DNA of 64,000 nt from assembly GCA_013239625.1 (NCBI GenBank), contig MU053482.1:3433922-3497921 (forward strand), written 5' to 3'. The position numbers and the translations under genes are program-made. Source of the DNA: Lama guanicoe (lineage: Eukaryota). Shown here one piece after another: positions 39,035 through 51,992 of this stretch (positions within the stretch are counted from its first letter, which is position 1; every line of letters starts with the position of its first letter). Below the pieces are notes generated by a model. The model was not told the DNA's origin. It made no database searches and saw only the letters and a program-made list of their open reading frames with translations.

Positions 39035-41632
39035 TTTAATGAATCCAACTTCTCAATGTTAAAAATCACTGAACCAAAAGATATTTTCAAGCAGTCTTAT
39101 TAACCAGATATATATGTTAGGTATAAGGAAATTGAGTCTAATTTGAAGTGAATTTTAAAACAGCACAAAACCATCACAACTCTCCAGAGCACAATACAAA
39201 ATAGTCCTCTAAAGAATATAAACACTTAGTAATATAAGAATATGAAACTACATGGTATAAGAAAATCTCTTCAATTAGCTAAAATTTACTTGCTAAAGAT
39301 TACTTACTGCACAATATGTCAGTTTCCCGTAAGAATAAAACAGATACTATTATTCTCTACTTCTAAATTCAGTACATAGTTAAAACCATTTTCTTAAACT
39401 AAACTTCTACGGTATTATAAGCAAACTCTATGTTATTGAGTTAGGATAGGGAAACTTAATAACTTATAAAACAAATTTCTTAAGAGTTCATGAAACCACT
39501 TCATAAATCCTAGAAGGCACACATATTTCCTATCATAGTAAGTGCATTTAAGTACTTCAAATTTAAAAAAGACAAGCTGTACAGAATACAAAAAGTATAC
39601 ATTTCAGCCATTAAACAAATTTACAACTTTTATGGTTAGTTATTACAGTAGAGCCTACCTAACATTCACATCCAAAGAATTACCACCCAGTTTAATGGAG
39701 TGAGCAAAAAACTATGCTCATTTACTTGATAAGGCTAATAAAAACATATTTCACAGTAGATCAGTTAGTGTCTTGGAGCTCATACTGGAAAATAGAAAGG
39801 TCTGGGCAATATCAAGTCACCAGGCTCACCGTTAAAGAATTGAAGGGTGAAGGATTCTGGGGGATAAAACCATTGGCTATATCCGGAAAGAACCAAAAAT
39901 CTATAAAGCAACTTTGTTTTCAGAAACATTCTTAAATTAGGCAATCTGAATTAGACTCAGCAAGTCTAATCCAAAAAGATAGTTTAAAATCTTAGAGCTG
40001 GAAAAGATCTCAGAGGATCATCTCAAGGTTTTCAAAATAAATTCCACAGAGTACTAAGAATCCAAGGAGGAGATTTAGAGTTATGCAAATTTGACATGAA
40101 TTTAATTTTTTTAAAAAACTTAAAAAACAAGTCCTATCATACAACTGTGTTACTCACCAAATTCCAATAAACTGGGTACCACCACTACATTAATACATAT
40201 TTTCATTGGTTGACTTTATAATATTTAGTTATGGTATTTAAAATTTGTATAAGGGAATTTATATCAATAAAATGACTTTTATATAGTGGGGTAGTGTGTG
40301 TGTGTGTGCGCACGCGCACGTGCGCCCACGCAGCACGTGTGTGTGTGTGTAGGGGTTCTGAGTAAGATTTTTACTTGGGGGGCAAAAAGGTTCTACTGTT
40401 AAAAGGAAGTGTGAAAATAAAGTAGGAATCTATAAACCAGAGGAAGGGACTTTCTCAAGGTCACACAACCATCAAGTGCATTACCAGGTTGACAGGGTAG
40501 CATCCCCAGTGCTCTACTTCGTAAACATCCATAGCAAGTGTTTAGCTACTTGGTACTGAGCTGCTCCCATCATGAATGTCAACCAGTATCAGTATTTTGG
40601 GGGTAAAATCAAGCTACCTTTGGTCAGACATTTTTCCTAGAAATGAATTACTTAATTTGCATGCCTATTAAAATCCTAGTACTTGAAAATTCTGCTGTCA
40701 ATAAGCAGCAACTTAAATTGTGTACTTTGGTACTTCAGAAAATAGTAATATTTGCAATTTACCAATAAATCAGAAAAGTTACATGGAATGTGAACATACT
40801 TTTTAAAGAAGGCATCAGGCCCTAATTTATTGTATGCTGAAATGTTCATGTATAGCATAAAACAAAAATTTTACTTTAGGAGCAAAATTTTTCAAAAATG
40901 GTTCAAGTGCCACTGAACATCATAATTCCATTATGACTGTACTCTTTCAGGGTATTTCAAATAAGGTCCACTGAAACAAAGTCAAACTATCACCTAATTT
41001 TCAGAGGTGCCTTGTGTATAAATATGATTAAAAAGCTACACCCTATTTTCTTCTCTCTTAATCTAAGAAATTTGAAGACTTCGGAACCTCAGAAAGATGC
41101 CTTCAAGTTAAAAAAATAAAAGCACCATAAACCAATATTGAATGATTTTTCATAATTTAGAAATATAAAACTTAGGATCTGTGATGAAGAAAAACTTCCA
41201 TCTGAAACTCCAAGATGCATAAGTATTATCAAAAGCTATTTAGAAGTTTCCCAGCTTGGGAAAGCATTTCCAGAATAGCCAAGAAGACTCCCCAGAAGAA
41301 ATCCATTTACAAGGCAAAGCCATGCCCAAATTTACAGTCCTCACCCAAATTATAAAGCATGAGGGAAAAAAAGACTTTTAGGTAAAAAAACAACAACAAC
41401 AAAAAACCCATGTAGTTCCAAAACACACCACTAAAGTTAGGAAATAACTGGATCATTTCAAGTAAAAATTATTAAAGGAGCAATAGTTAACCACAAGGGG
41501 GCATACATACTCCTTAGATTCCAGCAGAAAGACTAATTTAAGTAGTAACATGCACTTTGATATATTCTACATTTTCAGTCATTTAAGATTTTCTCTCATA
41601 TGGCTACAACTTTTTAACTTTCAAGGTTTATT
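39035..41632 (-). terminator. RNF141: Candidate RNF141 polyadenylation signals: AATAAA (41627-41632, 40826-40831) and ATTAAA (39035-39040)
   Basis: TTTATT/TTTAAT on the + strand downstream of the RNF141 stop, in an AT-rich 3'UTR. Usage is unknown. Confidence 0.45.
40294..40350. repeat. (TG)n microsatellite interrupted by a CG/CA-rich core
   Basis: Directly visible, mostly alternating purine-pyrimidine tract. Confidence 0.9.
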
Positions 41633-41987
41633 TTAGACCTAACTGAATAGATTCCAGATTACTCTTGCCCTGAAAAGTAGTTGTTGTTTCAGAAGCCCCT
41701 GGAAATGCTGCTGTAACCCCAGCAAAGGATTCAAGAGCAATTAGTCCTAATATTCATTAGAACAGGTAAATAATAGGAAAATCTGACCTAAAACAGTAGC
41801 AAATTTTAGTTTACCATAAATGGAAGACATGGAAAGTTTGTCAAAAGAAATGGGATAAATTGTCAGAATAGCAAAAATAAGAGGGTGGGAAAAACTGATT
41901 TCTCAGTGTCTGCACCACAACAACCTTGCATCCTTCCCCCATGACCGGAGTGTTTGTAGCCCCTAATAGAAACACTTCACCTCAAAG

Positions 41988-42138
41988 TCATGGCCTGTGG
42001 GGCTGGCCTGCCTCATCAGCCATGTTAAGGATATAGTTAGCCATGTCATCTTCCGTGGGTGCATCTGACACCACCCAAGACTCATTTGCTCCAGTCATCT
42101 GTAGGCGACAAATAGGGCAATTCCTGTGTCGATCACTC
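41988..42138 (-). CDS. RNF141: RNF141 last coding exon ([21 protein letters not shown]...GQPHRP*)
   Basis: TAG acceptor (AG at 42139-42140), TGA stop at 41988-41990; read by hand. Confidence 0.96.
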
Positions 42139-42982
42139 CTATTAGAGAAGTCAAATAAAGAAAAGTTTGTTCTCTTTTCCTTCTTAAAAAAAAGGATTCA
42201 AAATGTAATACATGTACATTTTTTTTAAATAAACAGCATAAAAGTACACAGTGAAAATATCTCTCTCCCTCCTATCCCAATCTTTAATTTTTATCCCCAG
42301 AGGCAACCACTGTTACCAGTTTCTTACACATTCTTCTAGAACTAGATTAAGCATGACCAAGCTTGTGTGTAATATATACATCACTGCTCTTTTCACCTGT
42401 TAATGTATCTTGTGGGCTATTTTGTATCAGCACTTGTTAGAACTGTCTATTCTTTTTAAACATACACTGTATGGATAGGCTATAATTCATTTAACTAGAT
42501 TCACACAGAAGGATTTTTAGGTTTTTCCTTAGCTTTTTGCTGCTATAAATAATGGAATGAAAGCATTCAAGGCTTAAAAAAACAAACATACACGAACTTT
42601 ACATGAAGAATAACTTTGGGAGGAGGAAAAAACTTATTTATGATCACTTTAACAAAATAACATTTTCCAAAAGTTTTTTTGGTCTTGTCAAACATTATTT
42701 TAGAAATTTCAAAAATAACTTATTTGATCCAGAACAATGTCATACAGGGAAACTGTTTTTCTCTTCATCTCTCAGTGAAGTCAGAGAGCAAAGTAATTAA
42801 ATTATATCAATTGCTCTTTGGCTTTTGTGCAGAAATTTAGAAATCTGTTCCAAAAATTAAATAGGAAAGTAGATTTGACATGTATTATTCAGATTCATTT
42901 CTGGTTCCTCAGAGATATTTTTCAAGATAACTTCATGGGCTTTTCTGTGCATAAAAATCACAGTTTTAAAACAATCAGCATC

Positions 42983-44570
42983 GGCTTCTGGCCAACAGGG
43001 ACCAAATTTATCTTCCCACTTAAAACAACTAAAACACAGGACAAAATACATGAAACAATGGTTTTCAACACTAGACATAAAACGACAAAGGATTTACAAC
43101 CCCTGAGGGATGAGGAGCAAAAGAAGGTGAGCCCTACAACTGCCCCAGCTTACTGCCTCGAGCGCTTCCAGGCGGCAAAACACGTAGGGGAAACCTAGAT
43201 GGAACCTGGCAGACTCCCTGACTTGATGAGACAGAGCTGAGAATCTCGGGAAGCCAAGGCAGCTAGGGCAGAGTACTGGAGAGGAGAAAGCTACACACGA
43301 GGAGAATCCTGGAGTCTACTGAAGGTCTCCATAAAGTATATTCAGTAGAGTAATGATCAGTGTGTACATGTGAGGAAACAACTTGGGGCTGAGGAACAAC
43401 CCAAAAGGATCTAAGAGGCCAGTATCCAAAGCTCACATAGGGCCTGGACATTACTTGTTCCCACCAGCCACACTGGAAAACCTTGTAAATCATGGAGCAT
43501 TGGGTAGAGGATTCTGGGGGCTTGCCTCATTAGGTGGGGCAAATTAGCTGTAAACACCGCTCTGGTCCTGCCTAACAAACCATAAAAGCAAGACTCAAAA
43601 GAATCAAACTGTTTCCAAGTAACTATATTCCAGGACAAAGCTCAAGAATGCTTATAAGAATACAAAAATGTCCTGTACCCCAAAAGGTAAAAAACAAAAA
43701 ACAAACAAACCAAAAAAACAGTATCTGGCACTCAATTAAGAAATACTAAGAAGCAGAAAAATGCAACCCAAAATAAAGAGAAAAAAAATCAATCAAAACT
43801 AACCCAGAACTGACACAGATAGAATTAACAGCAAGAAAATTAAAGGTTATGGTAACTGTATTCCAAGTATTAAAACTAGAGCAAAGACCAAATATATTTA
43901 GCAGATACGTGGAAGATATTAAACTCAAATCAAACTTCTAGAGGTGAAAACTAAAATATCTGAAGAAAAAAAATATACTGGATGGGATTAATGGCAAGTC
44001 AGACACCGTAGAAAAAAAAGATCAATGAATTTGAAAAGATAAATCAATATTAACTATCCAAAATGAAATACAGAGAAGATGACTCAGAAAAGAACACAGC
44101 ATCGGTGAGCTGTGGGACAACCCCAAGTGGTCTAATGTGTGTGTACCCGGAGTCCCAGAAGGAGAAGGGAGAAAAGAGAACAGAAAAAAAAAAATTTGAG
44201 AAAATACTGGCTGAAAAATTTCCAAAACCGATGATACTATAAACCTGTAACTCCAATGCAAGGAACATGAAGAAAACTACTCTAAGGCACATCATAATCA
44301 AATTGCTCAAAGTCAGTGATAAAGGAAAAAACCTCAAAAGCAGCCAGAGAAAAAAAGCACATTACTTACAGAGGAAAAAAGATGAGGATGAGAGCAGATT
44401 TCTCATCAGAAATGATGTAAGCAAGAAGAGGGTGGAGCAACATCATTAAAGTACTGAGAGAAAAAATACTATCGGTCTAGAACTCTACATCCAGAAAAAA
44501 TATCTTTCAAAAATGTTATTCAGACATTCAATCTTATGGAATATGAAGTTTATTGTATGTCAATTATAAA
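42983..44570 (+). mobile_element. Old L1 5'/ORF1 relic in RNF141 intron 5 (antisense to the gene)
   Basis: Degenerate ORF1 peptide TLRHIIIKLLKVSDKGKNLK (44267-44449) and CTAGAACTCTACATCCAGAAAAAATATCTTTCAAAAATG. Confidence 0.8.
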
Positions 44571-44990
44571 TTATCATAAATGGTTGATTCTTATTTTGTA
44601 AAATAGTGAGCTTGACTAGCGGTTCTCTAAAGTTCTAAGTCCAATATTCAAAGATTCATATTATTCCTTCTAATCATATATAGAGGAAAAATGTAGGAAT
44701 GAGGAGATAAATGGAAGAAAAAGGGAAATATTTGATTCTAAACTCAAGTCAGGCACAAAGCTCCTTACAGCAAAAGTTAACTGTCAAAACTAGGATACAT
44801 CCCCACATTTTATAAACTTTAGATATAAAAATAAAAATATTTTAACCAGTAGGAGGCATGTCATAAAATTCAAAGTACTAAAGAACAAAATCTCTTATAC
44901 TTAACTTTGATGGTTTTGTATTTTTTGAAGTTTCCAATACACTCTTGCACTTGACCTTTGCCTACCCCACGAAGGCAGTAGATTACTTAC

Positions 44991-45098
44991 CATTTGTCAA
45001 TGCACTTCTGACAAAAGCTGTGAGCACAAGGCAGGATGAGGTCAGCTCGACCATCCATACAGATACAGCACTCCTCCTCGTCAGTCAGCTGCTTTATC
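44991..45098 (-). CDS. RNF141: RNF141 exon 5 ([16 protein letters not shown]...KCIDKW), RING N-terminal half
   Basis: CAG acceptor, TG|GTAAGT donor, 108 nt. Confidence 0.97.
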
Positions 45099-46199
45099 CT
45101 GCAATGTGAAAACTGAGCTGGAGCAATGATGTTCTCTGCTGTCACTGTGCTGTACACTTTGTTTCCATTGCCTTCAAACATCTGTGTGCCTTCAACATAG
45201 AGCACAATATGACTCATGCAAAATCAGAGTGAGTTAACTTATCTTTTAGGGATAGCAAATATACTAGGGAAGACATACTGGAGGGGCAAGGGAACCCCCA
45301 CTGGAAATAATGCTTTTAACTGGGACAGCAGGATGAGGGACAGTCTAGATGGAGGAACACCAATCAGATCCTTATTTCAGCAATTCACCTGGGAGATAAT
45401 TAGGGCCTGGTCGGATGGGCATTACAAAAGACAAATCAGGATGTGGTAACAAGATTAAATGCTATGCTTTAGCAATGCATGAAAGTGGGCAACTTCTGAA
45501 TTGAAATGGGGAAACTGAATGAAGACCTAGATGGATGTGGGTCTAATGTATTTGATTTTTTCTGTTATCTATTCAGCTCAATGTTTAAGTGTCTTTTAGA
45601 TGCTATAAACTGTGCCAGACCGAGAAGAACTGGGGTCTCTGCTCTTGAGGAGCTTACAATTTATGTCTAAGGGTGTGGACTTGGGTGTCAGTAGCAGAGA
45701 ATATAACTGTATCCATAAAGAGAGACAGAGCTCTAAAGGTCAGAGTTTAAAAGCGAGTAGCAGAGGGCTATGAGTGTTCTGGATGGAGGTAAGAGAAAGA
45801 AGAGGACACACAGAAGCAGCAGTCGAACCTGTACCACGTTCACTTGATTCTTTTGCTACCTCCCTAGAAGTACAGTGACCAGAAGAAGGGAGGAGAAAGA
45901 GTCTTGCTGTCTGTCCTTGTTAGACCACTTGTAGAGCAGAGAATCCAGTTCTCTGCCCCTACCCCCAAAAGACAAATGGACAGATAAAAGATCACACAGG
46001 AAAGCCTCTGGGATGTAGAAGAGACCACATAAACAAAGGCCAAAGGAAATGGGGAGGCTTATCCTGGAGAACAGATGCTCAGTAAGAACTTGATTACTGT
46101 TTTGAAATATTAGAAGGACTGGGAGAGAGAACACACTTGGTAGAATTCCAGAGGACACTGCCACTGAAATAAGTAGAATATGGTAATATTTAATAATTA

Positions 46200-46960
46200 T
46201 GATAGTTAACTCTTACAGCCATAGTATTATGGGCCAGGCATTCTCCTAAGCATTTTATGTATATTAACTCACTTAACTCTCTCAAGAGTCCTATCAAGTA
46301 GATCTTACTCTTTCAAAAGATGAGGAAAGAGGGGTTTAATAACTTGCCCAAAGTGACACAATTAGGAGTAGAGCCAGGAGTTGACCACAGGCAATTTGGT
46401 TCTGGAATCTGTGCTGTGCTGCCTTAGGAGAGTCAGATTTTGGCTCTGAGGAACACAACGCAAAAGAGAAAACTGCGCAGTGATTAAAGCCATTTGTGTA
46501 TTAAAAGGCTTACCTTTCTGAGGCAGTGAGTCCCATACAGTGCGGGTATTCAAGTTGGACTACCACTCGGCTAAGTGTAGTAAGTGGTGTCTCACTACTC
46601 AAAGTGCTATCTGTGGAGAAGCAGCAGTGAAACACCTGGGAGCCTGACAGAACCTCAGGCTCCTCCTCAAAACCACTGAATATCAAAGTTTAAGAAGCAC
46701 TGCAGTACAGGATCTTCATGCACCAGAGAGAACTAACGCAGAGGTTAGGAGCACGGCTGTATTGTCAGACAGGCTTGAATGTGAATCTCAGCCAGGCCAA
46801 TTTCTAGCCATGTCACTTACTTGTCTAAACTTCAATTTCTACATCTGTAATGGGCCAATAATTGTATTCCCATGGGGTTGGTACAAGGATTTAATGAGGT
46901 ATACACGTAAAGCACTCATCACAACGCCTAATACCCTGTAAGTAGTACTCAACAAACTAA
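46200..46960. mobile_element. Cluster of MIR (~46200-46420, ~46745-46960) and MER5-like (~46595-46705) relics
   Basis: AACTTGCCCAAAGTGACACA MIR core; TACTCAAAGTG...TTTAAGAAGCACTG MER5-like termini. Confidence 0.55.
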
Positions 46961-48365
46961 ACCACTAGTAGAAAAATGCATCAGACATACGGCTGAACCA
47001 AAAAAAACCCCCTTAAGACCCCTCTCACCCTGAAAAGTCTGTTCTTCCATGATCTAAGTATGTCAGGGTGTAACAAAAAACCGAAAAACAAAGGCAAGCA
47101 GCAGCCCTAACCTACCAATCAGGCATTGAGTTTCCCAGTCTCAAGGGCGCATGAAAAAGGATAAAACCCTTACCTCCTTCATTAAGATACAAGAAAAGAG
47201 TATTACTTTCATTTCATTTGCTACCATAGAGCTTAGTAAATACTGTTCTCAACTTTGAAAATACTTTAAAAAAAAATCACTGTGCAGAAGATAGAGAGGA
47301 AAGAAAAGCAGAAAATCAGATGCCTGTCTTTGAAAGAGTAATCTCACAAAATACAGGAAAGATAAGCCTAAATGCTGCCTATAATGTTCTAAAATTCATT
47401 TAGCATTTCATCAGTAATACTTGTACAGCCCAAACATGAAAGCCAAACAATTCTATTAAAGATAAACAGGAAATAATAAGTTAAAATACAATTTTGCTAC
47501 AACATAGTATCTAGAAACCAGTTGGTTAAGAATGGATTGGAAAATGCAATTGCAAACGGAACGATAAAAGAGAAGTTCTTGTTAAGCATATTCTTAACTT
47601 TAAGATAAAATACACTATCAATACAGATTTGTGCTGTCTACCCTGTATGACAATAAGACAGGATGTCAGCATGTCTGGACCCACGTAAGCCTTTTTCCAA
47701 TGAGGCATTTACAAATTTAAATTATGGTCATGGTTGTCAAATGGCAACAGGTGCAAGCTTTCACATGCCAAAAGCAGTACAGAGAAGGAAAAGAAAGTTT
47801 CGATGGAATAATTCATTAGGCCTGAGTAAACAAGCACCACCACAGAAATGCTGGCTGATTTCATTTCCTTTTGGTAACTCAGTACATGCAATATGTGCAC
47901 CAACTACTTGTTCATTCCTGAATGAACTGCCAAGTCCTAGAGCCAATATTTACAATGTTAATGCTCCAATTAGTCAGATATCTTTAAGAAAAACTGGAAT
48001 GGTTTTGCCAGATTCTTGGACCTAATTCCCTGAAGGGCTTCAATTATCTAAGAACCTAAATTCCTATTATAAGAGGGGTACAAACTATATCTTTTGTCAT
48101 TAAGTGCAAGCAGGCAGAATGAAGAGTGGAAACTGGGTTGACAGAAACATTACCTGGTGTGAGCCACTTTAGTTTTTCTTCAATTTGGCACTCTAACAAT
48201 GTCCTGAAGCACAGAGTAATTCAAAAGCTGATGTGGGATATAGTATCAGCTGAGACAAAAAGTAATGGGATTTAAGATGTCACAGAACACCAATAAAAAT
48301 TAATGAGATTTCGTAGTTTGCAGGTTAGCAAATAAAAGAAACATGGTATTTATGCATCTGTATAC

Positions 48366-48547
48366 CTTCCCATCCAAAAACTAGCCTGACAAGATGTTAC
48401 AGATGAAGAGTTTTCCTCAGGGTCTTCAGAGGTGGCGCTCTGTGCCAATACTCCTGCTGCTTGACTTGTGATATCTTTATAAAGCTGAATAAACTGGTAC
48501 AAATTCATGATCCGTGATGCTTCCACAATGCCACTGCTTTTGTTAAT
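48366..48547 (-). CDS. RNF141: RNF141 exon 4 ([22 protein letters not shown]...ASFWMGR)
   Basis: TAG acceptor, AAG|GTATAC donor, 182 nt; read by hand. Confidence 0.96.
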
Positions 48548-50089
48548 CTAATTTAATATAAAGAAAATGAAAAAAAAAGTTGGTAATTTTTCCTGTCAAT
48601 TTTTCTCAGAAAGGGTGAACAAATATTTAGTCAAATATCCTAGGAAACAGATGTTTTCAAGGTTTGCAAATTACCTACCAAGAGAGCAAGAATCTCAGCA
48701 AATGAATAATATCCTGTCCCCTACATTTGTGGGGTTCAAATACTCACATAATTTAATCTCATTTGATGCTCAACCCTGTAGTGTTGATTAGGCATAATTC
48801 TGTTTAGAGTTGCTGAGGTCAGACAACTTTTCCAGACTTAAGAGATCAGTATTGACAATTATTTTCATTTTAATTTCTAAATAATTAAAGATTTATTTCA
48901 ATCCAACAACCACATATCACTCTAAATAACTGAAACAACAGATTGCTTTCTTGAATATCTTAAGTTCTATTATGTATCAAAACTTTCAAATGAAAGAAAA
49001 AATTTGCATTAAAATAAATCCTAACAAAAGTGGTTGATTTTTTTCCCAGAAGACCATTTTGAGCTTTAGCAAAAAACTCATTTACTGGCCTACAGGTTGT
49101 TCCTCTCCCTACTCTAGCTTACATTCTTACTGTGAGGAGATATTTGGGGCAAGGATGAGATAATAGGTAAGGAGAGACAATACTGCCTTCATAAGTCTTG
49201 GGGCCTCATGAAGTAGGGCATATATTCTCTTTTGAAATGACCAAAGCCAGTAGGGTTGAGGGCATAATATTCTTGAATGAAGAACCTGAAGTAACCAGAG
49301 ACAGATTAGAGTGTGAAAGACTTCCTTTCAGGACAGGAGACAGTATGGAAGACTGTAGGAACAGAAGCAAGCAGTGAAATCAAAGTGCATGTCAAAGTAA
49401 ATGGAACAAACAAAATCAGAAAACATTTAGAAAGAAACGAAGAATGCAGGGAGAGATATGGAGGGAGCCTTAAAATTGTACATGAAATATGTTTTTAAAT
49501 GTGTTGATGGGACTGGGGGCATGAGAAAGTGAAGTAGTTAGGTTACAAATTTAAAAAACATGATGATAGCAACTTTCAATATTTGGAATAAAATAAAATT
49601 AGTTGTAACTAATGTTTATTAATTGTTTACTACTTGAGAAGGTAGTAAGGGAAAAAACTGAGAATCAAGTATGAATCTGATTCCAATATGTGTGTTTAAG
49701 CAAGACTGGGACATTGTGCTGTACACCAGAGATTGACACACTGTAATTGACTGTAATTCAATTAAAAAAATATGAATCAGATTCCACACTGAAAATTGTA
49801 GAACCATCTCTAATAATCAGAAAATTGATTAAAATTGTGGGAAAGTAAAATCTATATGGAGTTGCAAATATGTAAGATTCTCTGTGACAAAACTATACAT
49901 GGGGTAGAGAACAAATAAACAGAATTAAAGTTGACAGGAATTTATGGAGGCTTACAAAATAAGGCTTTCAGAGCCGAGGAAACTGGACCAGTCTTCTTTT
50001 GGAACTGCACAGTTCAGAAAAGATTAGGGAATAATTCATATAAACTTAGTATTTAACAGGCAAGTTTATCAAATTGCAATTATTATAAT

Positions 50090-50975
50090 CATAGGATTCG
50101 TGCAACAAGTATTTACTGAGTACCTATTATGTAGATGTTATAGGTACTATGTGTACTGCTCTAGGCACTGGTGACACAGTGTGTAAAAGACAGACAAAAA
50201 TCACTGCCCTCACAGAGGTTACACTATAGGTATGAGCGACAGATAAATAAACTACAGATTAGAAATAAGTGTTATGGAGAATATTAAGCAGAGGAGAGAA
50301 AATGCTGAAAGGTTGCAGGGAAGGCCTCACAGAGAAGGTCATATTTAAGAACCAGAAGAGATGTAATGAATCATATGGATATGGGGGGCGGGAGCATTCC
50401 AGGATGAGGGAATGGGAAGTGCAAAAGCAGAAGTGCTCCTGGCAAGGAGCACAGAGTCCAGCAAGGAGCCCAGGGTGGCTGGAACTTTACTGTATCAATA
50501 AACAAAGCTTCAATATATCCTAGGCATTTAACACAAGAATGAGAGGGAAGGAGGACTGGCAGAAGATAAGGTTAGGGAGTGAAGCAGGGACAGAATGTAT
50601 AGGACTTTGCAGATCATAATAATGACTTTGGCTTTTATTCCAAGTGCATGAGAAGTCACTGGAGGGTTTTGAGCCAAGGAGTACTATCTGATTTCATTTC
50701 AGATTATGAGTGGAAAAGACTGGATGTGGTGCTGAGACCAGATGAATGAGAACAAGGGCAGAAGCAGGGAGACCAGTTAGAAAGCTATTGGAATAATCCC
50801 AGTGAGAGACGATGGTTGCTAGGAATAAGGTGATAGTAGTGAAGATGGTATGGTGAGAGTTGCCAGATTCTGAATATATTCTGAACAGAAACCTGACAGG
50901 ATTCACTTATGCACTGACTGTGGGGTATGACAGAAAAAGACACATTAAGGATGACTCCAAGGATTTGGTCTACGC
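50090..50975 (-). mobile_element. L2 relic
   Basis: CAACAAGTATTTACTGAGTACCTATTATG...CTAGGCACTGG...GGAGACCAGTTAGAAAGCTATTGGAATAATCCCAG...AAGGATGACTCCAAGG. Confidence 0.8.
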
Positions 50976-51992
50976 AGAAAGACAGATGATAATAATATAA
51001 TTAATAAAGTTTCTTAACAGCCACCTTAGTGCATAATTTTAATTAACCCATTAATTTTTCTAATACTATTTCCACAAAATATTCCATTTAAACATCATTT
51101 AGATTATTTCTATAATGAATTAAACTGAGTATAATCATCACAGCAGATAGTCAAGATAAGGTCTTACTATAAATTGTTTTTAGTTGCTTAAGGTTAAGAA
51201 ATATGAAATTCCAGTCTATCAGTTTTTTCTATTGGACTTAAACTTTTTTTTTCCTAACGTAAACACTGACTTCTCATATTCTCTCAGAAAGAACCTAAGA
51301 AATGCAAATGAAACATTTCTTTAGAGTAGAGCTAAAATCAAGAAAAATTATACAAATGAAAAATCTGACTGCCTCTGTCTTTAATATTTTTCTCTTAGAA
51401 TCTTATTTTAAAGATGTAATTAATGGTTAAAGATACTACAGCAAAAAAAGAAAAAACGTGACCAATAGTAAAATTAAACATTAATTATGTATTTGCCAAA
51501 GAGGAGCACCAGAAAAATAAGGAATCAGAAATCTGATTCCTACAGCTTTCTACAATTCATATTGGTCCCTTTGATGTGAGCTGAGCATTTTATAAAATAA
51601 AGATGGATAAAATGTAATTTAGGTACTTTACTGTATCAATAAACAAAGCTTCAATATATCACAGTCACTTAAAACAAGAATATTTCTTCAACAGATTTTT
51701 GTTCACTCAAGATATATTCAGTTCCTACCAGGTACAAAACACTGGAGGCTGTAAGATACTAGAATGAATCTAGACAGAGTTCCTGTCCTCAGAAGCCGAA
51801 TACCTACTAGAGGAACTAAGAAACTAAATAATTTTATTCTTAACGTAGTATTTAATCATGAAGTACAAATAAAGTACTGTTGGAGTTTAGAAGAGCCAAG
51901 AGAATTTCTGTTAGGGAAGACTTTATGGATAAGATGGTATTTGAGGTGGACCTTTAAAGAGACATTAAGTTTAGATATGCAGAAATAAAAGA

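Noticed and set aside
41982..41990. Possible stop-codon readthrough at RNF141 TGA-C
   Set aside because: The context is TGA CTT TGA, not the TGA CTAG readthrough motif, and a second stop follows one codon later.
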